A stretch of DNA of 61,994 nt from an uncultured Bacteroidia bacterium (GCA_938006875.1 CALLMJ010000090.1:1-61994); one strand, 5' to 3'. Counted from the stretch's first letter, positions 1 to 9,534 are shown. Notes: generated by a model not told the origin, from the letters alone. Numbers and translations are program-made.

Positions 1-557
1 TTACAAACTACACTCACTAAGAAAGAATCCGTAAAAGCAACGGGTGTAGCAAAAGTGATAATATTACTAAAAAAATTGGTTTGTGTACCTGCTGTAACTT
101 GACCAGAATTGAAGCCCTGAGATCCTAATGGGGGAATGTTAGCATTATCTACCACATTTCGGCCGCCATAAATTTTCACTTCAAAATCATCATCTAATCC
201 AATAACTTCTTTTGCACCCCACCAAATCATTACATCGGTTACGGTATGAGAACCCGAATAATTGAAGAATTGTGCTTGCTCCGTAAAATCTAAATCAAAA
301 CCGCTCTGATAAATAGTAGCACATGTTCCTGAAATATAACCACCGTTAATATAACCATATAAAACTAATTTACCAGTACCCGCGCAACGCATATAATGGT
401 CTCTAAGTGTAGTATCATCTTGAGTTTTGAAAGCAAGATTTTGTTCTTTTACTTGCATGATTTGAACATTTCCTCTTTGTAATTTTTGTCCTAATTGAGC
501 AAAACTAAATGTAGCACTGAATGCTAATGTTAAAACTGAAAATACAATCTTTTTCAT
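1..557 (-). CDS. secreted hypothetical protein, N-terminal part only (gene runs off the left edge of the window)
   Basis: ATG at 557-555. I hand-translated the frame and it stays open to position 1. The N-terminus MKKIVFSVLTLAFSATFSFAQ looks like a signal peptide. It is absent from the ORF track because no stop lies inside the window. Confidence 0.6.
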   Translation of the reverse strand, partial: MKKIVFSVLTLAFSATFSFAQLGQKLQRGNVQIMQVKEQNLAFKTQDDTTLRDHYMRCAGTGKLVLYGYINGGYISGTCATIYQSGFDLDFTEQAQFFNYSGSHTVTDVMIWWGAKEVIGLDDDFEVKIYGGRNVVDNANIPPLGSQGFNSGQVTAGTQTNFFSNIITFATPVAFTDSFLVSVVC

Positions 558-576
558 TTTTGTAAAGAATTTGTTG

Positions 577-584
577 CAAAAATA
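577..584 (-). promoter_or_regulatory. Bacteroidetes sigma-A -7 box (TAnnTTTG)
   Basis: TATTTTTG on the minus strand, 19 nt before the ATG at 557. Confidence 0.45.
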
Positions 585-750
585 ATCATATTTTGAATAA
601 GTCAATATTTTATTTCTAAAAAAATCTATAAATTCTAAAAAAAATGTTATAATTGATGGTCTAAATTATTGATTTTAAACATTATAAATTTTATTTACAG
701 AGAAATTCTAGTACATTGAAAATATTCAAAGGAATTCTCAATAAAAAATT

Positions 751-758
751 TAATTTTG
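751..758 (+). promoter_or_regulatory. -7 box (TAnnTTTG)
   Basis: TAATTTTG, 12 nt before the ATG at 771. Confidence 0.5.
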
Positions 759-770
759 CAGTTCTAAATT

Positions 771-1898
771 ATGCAAATTCCATTCCATCGTTATAGTTTT
801 AATGAAGAAGAAATAGAGGCAGTTAAAAAGGTTTTACAATCTGGATGGATTACTACGGGAAAGGAATGTTCATCATTTGAAGAAGAATTAGCAGAATATA
901 AGAAATCGTTATTAGCAGTTGGATTAAATTCTGGCACATCTGCATTATTTTTGTTATTAAGTGCATTGAATTTACAACGAGGTGATGAGGTAATAACCAC
1001 ACCATTAACATTTGCAGCAACTGCGAATGTGGTATTACATCATGGTGCAAAATTAGTATTTGCAGATATTAACCCCAACACCTTAAACATTGATGTTCAA
1101 TCTATCAAAGAAAAAACAACCTCTAAAACGAAAGCTATTATTGTGGTTCATGTAGCGGGGCATCCTTGTGATATGAAACCTATCATGGAATGGGCAAATC
1201 AGCATGAAATAGCTTTAATAGAAGATTGTGCACATGCTATTGAAGCCACTTATGAACATCAACCAATAGGAACTTTTGGTTTGGGTGGTGCTTTTAGTTT
1301 TTATGCTAATAAAAATATAACTACAGCAGAAGGCGGAATGATGATTTCCAATCATACTCAATACGAAAAATTATGGCGTTCTTTAAGAAATCATGGTTTT
1401 GACTTAGAGCCTGTTAAACGTCAAGAAAATAATAGTTTTAAACAGTATGATATAGTTTTTCCGGGCTATAAAATGAACATGAATGATATTGTTGCCGCTA
1501 TTGGACGAGTGCAATTATCTAAAATTGATGATTTTCATCAAAAAAGAAAAAATATCGTTCAAAAATATTTAGATTTTTTTAAAAATTTTCCATATTTGAA
1601 ACCTGTTATGCCATTATCTAATTCAGAAAGTGCGTGGCATTTGATGATTGTAAAAAATGAAACCTCTAAAAGTCGTTCAGAAATTCTCAATTTTTTGATA
1701 GAAAACGGTATTCAACCTAGTATCCATTTTAAACCCATTTATGAATTTAGCTATTATAAAAAAATAGGTTTTCAAGCTTCTGACTATCCAAACTGTGAGA
1801 GTATCAAAGAAAAAATATTCAGTTTGCCATTATACCCATCATTGAAAGATGAGGAACTTGATTATATTTTCAAGGTTTTAATAGATATTTTTCAGTAA
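771..1898 (+). CDS. DegT/DnrJ/EryC1/StrS-family PLP-dependent sugar aminotransferase
   Basis: 375 aa. Family-typical N-terminus (F..EEI.AV..VL.SGW.T.G), DEVITTPLTF, and SFYANKNITTAEGG containing the PLP lysine. Confidence 0.88.
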   Translation: MQIPFHRYSFNEEEIEAVKKVLQSGWITTGKECSSFEEELAEYKKSLLAVGLNSGTSALFLLLSALNLQRGDEVITTPLTFAATANVVLHHGAKLVFADINPNTLNIDVQSIKEKTTSKTKAIIVVHVAGHPCDMKPIMEWANQHEIALIEDCAHAIEATYEHQPIGTFGLGGAFSFYANKNITTAEGGMMISNHTQYEKLWRSLRNHGFDLEPVKRQENNSFKQYDIVFPGYKMNMNDIVAAIGRVQLSKIDDFHQKRKNIVQKYLDFFKNFPYLKPVMPLSNSESAWHLMIVKNETSKSRSEILNFLIENGIQPSIHFKPIYEFSYYKKIGFQASDYPNCESIKEKIFSLPLYPSLKDEELDYIFKVLIDIFQ

Positions 1899-1912
1899 TT
1901 TCTTTTCTTTTA

Positions 1913-1920
1913 TATATTTG
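1913..1920 (+). promoter_or_regulatory. -7 box (TAnnTTTG)
   Basis: TATATTTG, 10 nt before the glpK ATG at 1931. Confidence 0.5.
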
Positions 1921-1930
1921 CCAAAAAATC

Positions 1931-3424
1931 ATGCAAAAAAAGTATTTATTATCCATTGATGAAGGCACTTCCTCTGCTCGTGCTATTGTTTTTGATTTGT
2001 CAGGAAATATTATTTCTATGGGAAGAAAAAAATTTGAGTTGATTTATCCCAATACGGGTTGGGTAGAACAAAATCCTATAGAAGTATTAGAAGCACAAAA
2101 ACATGCGGTAAATGAAGCTATTCAAAAAGCTCAAATTCAACCTAATGAAATTTTTGGTATAGGCATAACCAATCAACGTGAAACTATTGTTTGTTGGGAT
2201 AAAGAAACCGGAAAACCTGTTTACAATGCAATCGTTTGGCAAGATAGAAGAACTACCCCTTTCTGCGAACAACTCAAACAACAAAATTTACAACCTCTTA
2301 TTCAATCCAAAACCGGTTTAATCATAAACCCTTATTTTTCTGCTTCTAAAATTCAATGGATTTTAAAAAATATTCCCGAAGCTCAAAAATTATTTCAAGA
2401 AAAAAAATTATTATGGGGAACAATAGACACTTGGTTAGTATGGAATTTTACGAATAAAAAAGTTCATGCTACTGATGTAACTAATGCTTCTCGAACCATG
2501 CTTTTTAATATCCATGATTTACAATGGGATTTAGAACTCAAAAAAATCTTTGGGATAGAAAATGCTTATGAAGAATTTTTTCCAATTGTAAAAAATACCG
2601 TAGATTTTTATGGTGTTTATGAGGATTTACAAATTCCTATTTATTCAGTGGTGGGGGACCAACAAAGTGCAACGTTTGGGCAAGCTTGTTTAGAGCCTGG
2701 CATGGTCAAAAATACCTATGGAACGGGTTGTTTTATTTTAATGAACACTGGAATACAACCGTTTCCTTCTCAATATCAATTATTAACCACTATTGCTTGG
2801 AAAATTGGTGAAGAAACTACTTACGCTTTGGAAGGGGCTATTTTTAGTGCTGGTGCTTCAATACAGTGGTTAGAAGAAGTAGGAATTGTGAAAGATGTTA
2901 GGGAATTAACAAAACTTGCAAGCACTTTACAAGAAAATGAAGGAGTTTATTTAGTACCTGCTTTTGCTGGATTGGGTGCCCCGCAATGGGACCCCACCGC
3001 AAGAGGAACTATTCTCGGCTTGACTCGTGGAAGTACCAAAGCTCATTTATCTAGAGCGGCTATAGAAAGTATGGCTTTTCAATCCCAAGAAGTTCTTGAA
3101 CTAATGTCTAAAGATAGCAATATTCCTATCAAAGAATTACGTGTTGATGGTGGTGCCAGCCAAGAAGAATTACTCATGCAGTTCCAAGCAGATTTATCTC
3201 AAGTACAAATTTTACAACCTCAAAATCATGAAACTACGGCTTTAGGTGCCGCTTTATTAGCTGGATTAGGCGTAGGCGCCTATCAAAAATTATCCGATAT
3301 TCAAAATGTTTGGAAACTCAAAAAATCATTTTTCCCTACAAAAAGCTCTGAATGGTCCCAAAAACAAATGAAAAAATGGAATAAAGCTGTTCAAAGAGCT
3401 TTAAATTGGGATTTAGAAATTTAA
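1931..3424 (+). CDS. glpK: glycerol kinase
   Basis: 497 aa. LSIDEGTSSARAIVFD, GITNQRET, WQDRRT and GTGCF are FGGY-family GlpK signatures. Confidence 0.95.
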   Translation: MQKKYLLSIDEGTSSARAIVFDLSGNIISMGRKKFELIYPNTGWVEQNPIEVLEAQKHAVNEAIQKAQIQPNEIFGIGITNQRETIVCWDKETGKPVYNAIVWQDRRTTPFCEQLKQQNLQPLIQSKTGLIINPYFSASKIQWILKNIPEAQKLFQEKKLLWGTIDTWLVWNFTNKKVHATDVTNASRTMLFNIHDLQWDLELKKIFGIENAYEEFFPIVKNTVDFYGVYEDLQIPIYSVVGDQQSATFGQACLEPGMVKNTYGTGCFILMNTGIQPFPSQYQLLTTIAWKIGEETTYALEGAIFSAGASIQWLEEVGIVKDVRELTKLASTLQENEGVYLVPAFAGLGAPQWDPTARGTILGLTRGSTKAHLSRAAIESMAFQSQEVLELMSKDSNIPIKELRVDGGASQEELLMQFQADLSQVQILQPQNHETTALGAALLAGLGVGAYQKLSDIQNVWKLKKSFFPTKSSEWSQKQMKKWNKAVQRALNWDLEI

Positions 3425-3434
3425 ATTTAATTAA

Positions 3435-3654
3435 TAGAGTTTATGAACAATCAAATAAAAATTGGTTTATCAGTTAATTATTAGCGGTTAATGAAGCAAT
3501 CTAAAAGATTAGGTATATATGCGGTTGTTGAGTAGTGAGTGAAGCGGTACAGCTGCGCCTACTCAATGACTACTCCTTAAGTATGCGGTTGTTGAGTAGT
3601 GAGTGAAGCGAACGTATCGAAACAACCGCTTTTCCCCGAAAAATGGTCATTTCG
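3435..3654 (+). repeat. GC-rich mosaic intergenic repeat, copy A1
   Basis: Aligns by eye with 45135-45290 from TAGAGTTTATGAACAAT to GGTCATTTCG. It carries a 64-bp internal duplication, so the 29-mer TATGCGGTTGTTGAGTAGTGAGTGAAGCG occurs at 3518-3546 and 3582-3610. Hairpins: TTGAGTAG/CTACTCAA and GCGGTTGTT/AACAACCGC. Confidence 0.85.
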
Positions 3655-3711
3655 TGGGAATTTTATTATGGAAAAACTTTGTTAGTAGGTTAGGGTAATT
3701 AAGCATTTCTA

Positions 3712-3719
3712 TATATTTG
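3712..3719 (+). promoter_or_regulatory. -7 box (TAnnTTTG)
   Basis: TATATTTG, only 4 nt before the ATG at 3724. Confidence 0.45.
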
Positions 3720-3723
3720 CAGT

Positions 3724-4359
3724 ATGGAAAAACCAAATTTACCTGAATTTAAAGTTTCACCTGAATTAAAAGAACAAATTATTCAAAATAGTATTTTAAA
3801 ACACTTCAAATCGGGAGAAATTATTTTAAATGAAAACGCTTCCATAGGTTCTATCCCCATAATAGGCAGTGGTGTTATCCGTGTGATAAGAACCGATGAA
3901 GATGGTAAAGAAATTTTGTTATATTATTTAAAAGCAGGGGAAAGTTGTATTATGTCTTTTTTGGGTGGCATTCATAATGATACTTCAAAAGTGAGAGCAG
4001 AGGTGGAGGAAGATGCAGATATTTATTTTCTGCCCATTAATAAAGTAGTTTTATTTATCAAAGAATACCCACAGTTTTTAGAATATATTTTTAAACTTTA
4101 TCATAAACGATTTGAAGAACTTTTAGAAGTAATCAATGCTATTACTTTTAAAAAAGTAGATGAAAGGTTACTCCTTCTTTTAAAGAAAAAAACTGATTTA
4201 CAAGGCTCTAATGTAATTAATGTTTCTCATGAACAATTAGCCAATGAATTAGCAACTGCAAGAGTAGTAGTTTCTAGGCTCTTAAAACAATTAGAAGATG
4301 ATGGCTGGGTCGAATTAGGAAGAAATAAAATCACCATAAAAAAAAATATCAGGTTTTAG
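3724..4359 (+). CDS. Crp/Fnr-family transcriptional regulator
   Basis: 211 aa. N-terminal cNMP-binding-like beta-roll and a C-terminal HTH (SHEQLANELATARVVVSRLLKQLEDDGWV). Confidence 0.85.
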   Translation: MEKPNLPEFKVSPELKEQIIQNSILKHFKSGEIILNENASIGSIPIIGSGVIRVIRTDEDGKEILLYYLKAGESCIMSFLGGIHNDTSKVRAEVEEDADIYFLPINKVVLFIKEYPQFLEYIFKLYHKRFEELLEVINAITFKKVDERLLLLLKKKTDLQGSNVINVSHEQLANELATARVVVSRLLKQLEDDGWVELGRNKITIKKNIRF

Positions 4360-4589
4360 AATTTTGAAAACTGATTATCATGAGCAATCTTACTAATCTT
4401 CAATGCAAAAAGTTAATTTTTGAACTACTTTATTCTTTTGAAACAAAAATATAATTTTCGGTGAATTTGAAAAGTATAATTCAAAAATAAACAATAAAAC
4501 AAATTTTTGCATAGGGGAAAAGAAAAAAATGAAAATTTATGATACTTCATTCATGAAAATATATTATTTTGCGTGTTATTTTTTGAAGA

Positions 4590-7500
4590 ATGAATTACAC
4601 GAAAATAATATTCCTTGCTTGTATTTTATGGCTATATTTTCAACATCATGCCTATACGCAAAGTTATTCAATAAATTTTCAGCAAAATGTAGGTAATCCA
4701 GGTGGGTTAAATACTGAAGCGGATAACGCAACTTCTGGTTGGACGAATTTGGTTACAGGTAATCAATTATCTAATATTTGGTCATCGGGTTTAAGTATTC
4801 CTTTTCCATTTTTATTTTATTCACAACCTGTAACCGATTTATATGTAAGCCAAAATGGTTTGATTTCTTTTGAATTAGCCCCGAGTGCATTAAGTGGAAA
4901 TGATAATGCAGTTTTACCTTCATCAGAAATTGGCTCTATGACTATAGCGGCGTTTTGGGATGAATTTACTTATGACCCTCCTACTCCTACTACATCAGTG
5001 ATTAGATATAAAGTTTTTGGCTCTGCCCCCAATCGTCAATTATGGATTAAATGGGCAGGCTTTGAAATAGGAACTGGCCCTACTGTCGCAACTTGGGCTT
5101 GTGTTTTAGAAGAAACCACTAATAAAATTTATATCGTAGATATGAATAACTTTACAGGTGGGAATTTATCTGCTACTATTGGCGTACAATATGACAATTC
5201 AAAAGCAGTTTGTTTTAATAATTCCAATACTATTGGTTTTAATGATGTAGGTACAACCAGTAATGCGGATAATGATGTATATACTTTTTCTCCTCTTTAT
5301 GATTATGATGTAGCATTAGAATCCATTGATAACCCTGTGCCACCATTTAATGGAGGAGTACATCCTGTTCGTGTTACTATCAGAAATTTAGGATTAAATA
5401 CTTTAACAAGTTGTAATATTCATTGGTCAGTGAACGGAGTTCCTCAAACCACCTACAATTGGACAGGAAATCTAATTTCTACGGATTTTCAAGATAATAT
5501 CACTATTGGAAATTACAATTTTGCTTCTGGTAGTTATTTATTAAGAGTATGGACTTCACAACCTAATGGTCAAACAGACCAACAAACTTCTAATGATACT
5601 TTAGAGAAACTATTATATCCTTCATTATGTGGTACTTATACAATAGGAGGAGCCTCAGCAGATTTTCCTAATTTTGTAGCTGCTGCGGAAGCTTTAAATT
5701 TAGGAGGTATTTCTTGTCCAGTGATTTTTAATGTAAATCCAGGTTTTAGCCCTTATGTAGGTCAAGTAAATTTATTAAAAATACAAGGAAGTTCTTCTAC
5801 GAATACTATAACCTTTAATGGTTCAACTAATAAAGATACATTGCAATTTTCCGCTTCATTAGCAACCAACACTGCAACCCTTAACATTGATAGTTGCCAA
5901 TTTATTACTTTTAACAATTTAAGTATTTTAGCTTCAGGTTCTGCTTATGGTGTAGGTGTAAAAATAACCAATCTTTCTTCTAATATTACTTTTAATGAAT
6001 GTAGAGTGATTACGAATCAAACAGCTACACTAGAAGATTTTGCAGGTATTGCTGTGATTGGTAACAATTTTTCAACACCAGGAAATCATGGTCAAAATAT
6101 TAATATCAATAATTGCACCATCAATGGTGGTTATTACGGAATTATTTATAATGGTCAGACTTCCCCTTTATTAGATATTGGGAATATTACCAACAACCAA
6201 ATTTTAAATTCTCACATGAAAGGTATTGCTATTAATAATGGAAAATCCTTAAACATTCTTAACAATAAAATTCATTTAAGAAGTAATGCCGCTAGCACCT
6301 CAATAGGAATTGATTTGAATACAGTGGATTTATACAATATTGAAAAAAATGATATACAACGTGCAAGAGAAATTGGTATAAAAGTGAATAATGGAAATTT
6401 TCAAAACGGTTCTCCTACTATTCGTGCAAGAATGGTTAATAATATGGTAGGTGGTGGATTTGCAAGTTCTAACGCAAGAGGAATTCAGTTGATAGGTACC
6501 AATACAAGATTTGTAGATATTTGGCATAATAGCGTGAGTATAGTCAATTTGAATGGTAGAGCATTAGAAATTACAGGGGGGTCAGGAATTGATGTAAGAA
6601 ATAACTCTTTTGCAGTTTTTGGTTCTACTTCTGGTTATGCACTTTACATTAATAATGCGTCCATAGTATCCCAAGTAAATTACAATAACTATTTTACGCA
6701 AAATTCTTCAAATTTTATTTTCATTGGTTCTAATTTTAGCACTTCAAATTATATTGGAGGAGGAGGTTTTAATGCTAATTCTAAACATGGCGATCCGGGT
6801 TATGCCCATAATCAAACTAATTTACATGCAAGACGTTCTCAATTAAATGATTCTGCTATTTTATTGGCTTCTGTTCCAGATGATATTGACGGAGATACTA
6901 GACCCATGGCTCCGGGTGTTGTGCCTGATATAGGTGCTGATGAATTTAACCCTCCATTAGCCGATTTAGGAGTATCAGATATTACCCTTCCCTTAGATTT
7001 TGCTTGTGGAAAAACTAATGATACCATCATTGTAACTGTAAAAAATTATGGTTTAGCTTCACAAAGCAATATTCCGGGAAGAGTGGTAGTTTTTGGTTCA
7101 GGTAACCAGATTATTAATTTTACCATACCCGGTCCTATTGCTCCCAATGCTACCGCAACCCATACCATTACCAACTTTAACACTAATTTAACCGGTACTT
7201 ATTATGTTCGTGCTTTTACTTTGTTCCCTCAAGATAGTATCTACGAAAATGACACCTTATTAAAATTTGTTACCTTATTAAAAACTCCCAGTATAACAGG
7301 GCAAAATGTATTAGTTTGTGATTCTGGTTCAGCGGTTTTAAGTGTAAATGCGGAACCCGGTGCTGAGTATACTTGGCATAATGCCCCTAACGGAACCGTC
7401 CTTGGAACGGGTCCTACATTTACTACTCCTGTAATTTATTCAACAACTTCATACTTTGTGAAGGGAGTAAACCGAGTAACTAGCCACGTAGGTCCTGCAG

Positions 7501-9275
7501 ATACTACCCTAGGAACAGGTCAGTTTACAGGTACATTTACCACGGGTACCACTTTCAATGTTTATAGAACGATTACTTTAGATACTGTGGTGTTGTATAG
7601 TCAAAATGCTGGAACAGCTGTTATTAACCTAAAAAATTCTTCCAATACCATATTGAGTACAGTGAATTATAATGTTCCTGGACCTGGTAGGCATGTAGTA
7701 GCATTAAACTTTTTAATTACACCCGGTACAAATTATCGTTTAGATTTAGTAGGTTCAACCGCAAGTTTAAGACTTTACCAAAATAACTCCGGTGCATTAT
7801 ATCCCTATTCCATTAATAACGTCTTTGAAATTACAGGAAACACCGTTAATCAAGTAGCAAGGTATTTTTATTTTTATGATTGGGTAATTACTATCAATTC
7901 TTGCGAATCTAATTTTGTACCTATAACGGCTATTGTCGGTCAATCACCGAATGTCAATTTAGGCCCTGACCAAGTGGTTTGTGATACTGCATTTGTGAAT
8001 GCACAAGTTACAGGTATCAATAATCCTAACCAATATGTATGGAATACAGGTTTTGTAGGTCCAATTTATAAAATTACTACTTCAGGTCAGTATTTTGTGG
8101 AAGTTACAGGTAATAATGGTTGTAAAAAAAGAGATACCATTAATGTAACCATATTAAATAGTGCATCTGTAAATTTAGGGAACGATACAACATTAGCTTG
8201 CGGAGATTCATTAGTATTAAGTTTGGGAACTGGCGCTTCTTATCAATGGTCAACAGGTGATACTACTTCTTCTCTCACAATAAAAGAACCTGGAACTTAT
8301 TCAGTTCGTGTATATCAAGGATTTTGTGAAAGCAGAGACACTATTCAGGTTAACTTTTTCTCGGAAATGACCTTAGGAAATGATACTACCGTAAATTGTG
8401 GAACGCCTCTTTTACTTACTCCAAGTTTAACTGGGGATAGTTATTTATGGTCTACAGGAGCAACGAGTCCAAATTTAAATGTAACTACTTCTGGAACTTA
8501 CTGGGTTGAAGTAACCAAAGGAAGCTGTTTACTACGAGATACTGTTCAGGTTACAATTTTAGAGGGGAATTTAGGTTGGGCGAGTGATACCTCTGCATGC
8601 TTTAGCGCAAACTTAACCGCATTATTACCTAATGCTTCTTCCTATGAATGGTCAACAGGTGATGTTACTCCTTCTATTACTGTAACCAGTTCCGGAACTT
8701 ATTGGGTTCATGTAACTTTAAACAATGGTTGTGTTATTAGGGATACTATCAACGTTATGATTGATACTCAAATACCTAATGTAAATATTGTTTTAGGAGA
8801 TACGGTTATACAATCTCAAAGTTTTGTGGTTCAACCTGATGTGATTAACTCTGCATATACTTATTTATGGGATTTTGGAGCAAATGCACAGCCTTCAACA
8901 GCTACTGGTGCTGGCCCTCATACCGTAACTTATGATTCTTCGGGTAATAATACCATTCAATTGATAGTTATAGGAGGTTGTGGTTCTGATACAGCTATTA
9001 AAAATATTTATGTTGCTCCTGTTAGCAATACTCCTTCTTGGAAATCCTTAATAAACATTTATCCCAATCCTTTCCATGAACAAATGATAGTGAATTTACC
9101 TCATAATATGATTTTTGATTTGAAAGTGATAGATTTACTGGGTAATGAAATCGTTCGTTATCTAAATGTATCTGATAAAATTATTTTGGATACAGGTTCA
9201 TGGTCATCAGGAGTGTATATGCTTCAAATTCAAAATGAGAAAAGTTATGTTATTCAAAAACTGATTAAGCAATAA
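4590..9275 (+). CDS. very large secreted T9SS cargo protein (NIDO-like N-terminus, parallel beta-helix repeats, Ig/PKD-like repeats, type A C-terminal sorting domain)
   Basis: 1561 aa with a signal peptide. Beta-helix-like NxxIxN repeats, four ~67-aa repeats carrying Y.WSTG....S..V..SGTY.V.V, and a PKD-like YLWDFG segment. The C-terminus (IYPNPFHEQMIVNL...GVYMLQIQ...) matches the T9SS CTD pattern. Confidence 0.85.
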   Translation: MNYTKIIFLACILWLYFQHHAYTQSYSINFQQNVGNPGGLNTEADNATSGWTNLVTGNQLSNIWSSGLSIPFPFLFYSQPVTDLYVSQNGLISFELAPSALSGNDNAVLPSSEIGSMTIAAFWDEFTYDPPTPTTSVIRYKVFGSAPNRQLWIKWAGFEIGTGPTVATWACVLEETTNKIYIVDMNNFTGGNLSATIGVQYDNSKAVCFNNSNTIGFNDVGTTSNADNDVYTFSPLYDYDVALESIDNPVPPFNGGVHPVRVTIRNLGLNTLTSCNIHWSVNGVPQTTYNWTGNLISTDFQDNITIGNYNFASGSYLLRVWTSQPNGQTDQQTSNDTLEKLLYPSLCGTYTIGGASADFPNFVAAAEALNLGGISCPVIFNVNPGFSPYVGQVNLLKIQGSSSTNTITFNGSTNKDTLQFSASLATNTATLNIDSCQFITFNNLSILASGSAYGVGVKITNLSSNITFNECRVITNQTATLEDFAGIAVIGNNFSTPGNHGQNININNCTINGGYYGIIYNGQTSPLLDIGNITNNQILNSHMKGIAINNGKSLNILNNKIHLRSNAASTSIGIDLNTVDLYNIEKNDIQRAREIGIKVNNGNFQNGSPTIRARMVNNMVGGGFASSNARGIQLIGTNTRFVDIWHNSVSIVNLNGRALEITGGSGIDVRNNSFAVFGSTSGYALYINNASIVSQVNYNNYFTQNSSNFIFIGSNFSTSNYIGGGGFNANSKHGDPGYAHNQTNLHARRSQLNDSAILLASVPDDIDGDTRPMAPGVVPDIGADEFNPPLADLGVSDITLPLDFACGKTNDTIIVTVKNYGLASQSNIPGRVVVFGSGNQIINFTIPGPIAPNATATHTITNFNTNLTGTYYVRAFTLFPQDSIYENDTLLKFVTLLKTPSITGQNVLVCDSGSAVLSVNAEPGAEYTWHNAPNGTVLGTGPTFTTPVIYSTTSYFVKGVNRVTSHVGPADTTLGTGQFTGTFTTGTTFNVYRTITLDTVVLYSQNAGTAVINLKNSSNTILSTVNYNVPGPGRHVVALNFLITPGTNYRLDLVGSTASLRLYQNNSGALYPYSINNVFEITGNTVNQVARYFYFYDWVITINSCESNFVPITAIVGQSPNVNLGPDQVVCDTAFVNAQVTGINNPNQYVWNTGFVGPIYKITTSGQYFVEVTGNNGCKKRDTINVTILNSASVNLGNDTTLACGDSLVLSLGTGASYQWSTGDTTSSLTIKEPGTYSVRVYQGFCESRDTIQVNFFSEMTLGNDTTVNCGTPLLLTPSLTGDSYLWSTGATSPNLNVTTSGTYWVEVTKGSCLLRDTVQVTILEGNLGWASDTSACFSANLTALLPNASSYEWSTGDVTPSITVTSSGTYWVHVTLNNGCVIRDTINVMIDTQIPNVNIVLGDTVIQSQSFVVQPDVINSAYTYLWDFGANAQPSTATGAGPHTVTYDSSGNNTIQLIVIGGCGSDTAIKNIYVAPVSNTPSWKSLINIYPNPFHEQMIVNLPHNMIFDLKVIDLLGNEIVRYLNVSDKIILDTGSWSSGVYMLQIQNEKSYVIQKLIKQ

Positions 9276-9295
9276 ATTGGAAGGGATATTTCCAA

Positions 9296-9480
9296 ACGAG
9301 GCGTGAGTGAAGGGTACACGATAATACTCATTGACCACGAGGTGGAACTGCCTTTGGCTGCTCATATTTCTCAGCCAAAGGTTTGTGATACATTGAGTTC
9401 ACCGAAATACCGAAGCAAACAGCGAAGCCCACTGCGCCAAACTCAATATAAACCTAGCAATCCGACCGCAGCGAAACCCT
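9296..9480 (+). repeat. GC-rich mosaic intergenic repeat, copy B1
   Basis: Perfect 10-bp-stem hairpin at 9351-9381 (CCTTTGGCTG-CTCATATTTCT-CAGCCAAAGG). The 51-nt arm at 9382-9432 is the reverse complement of 27587-27637 (about 41/51 identical by eye). It starts with GTGAGTGAAGGGTACA, a core shared with the A copies. Confidence 0.8.
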
Positions 9481-9534
9481 CAAAATTATCTTTCAGAAAA
9501 TTCTTCTAATATTTTTTAGCGTTTTAAAAAACAT

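Noticed and set aside
791-1050. Short antisense or out-of-frame ORFs nested in long genes: 791-1000, 853-1050, 2087-2284, 6330-6527, 6839-7030, 15133-15339, 17669-17851, 24312-24497, 29162-29449, 29340-29531, 35695-35955, 43835-44074, 45853-46041, 48347-48623, 49941-50204, 52505-52741, 53178-53468, 55927-56142, 58153-58627, 59895-60083, 60859-61065, 61133-61505.
   Set aside because: All are embedded in well-supported genes with clear family motifs. They are low-complexity and lack promoters. This is the stop-poor shadow-frame noise expected in any genome.
4529-4700. Small upstream ORF (ATG at 4529) overlapping the start of the 1561-aa gene in another frame.
   Set aside because: It is under 60 aa and has no promoter spacing support. 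The main ORF ATG at 4590 gives a proper signal peptide.
9277-9294. TTGGAA-GGGATA-TTCCAA hairpin after the T9SS cargo stop, as a possible terminator.
   Set aside because: The stem is only 6 bp and is not followed by a T run. It may simply be the edge of repeat copy B1.
9303-9509. 68-aa ORF in the ORF track.
   Set aside because: It lies entirely inside GC-rich repeat copy B1. It starts at a non-ATG codon and has an odd Pro/Ser/Lys-rich composition. Its counterpart in B2 is read from the opposite element strand, so no protein is conserved.
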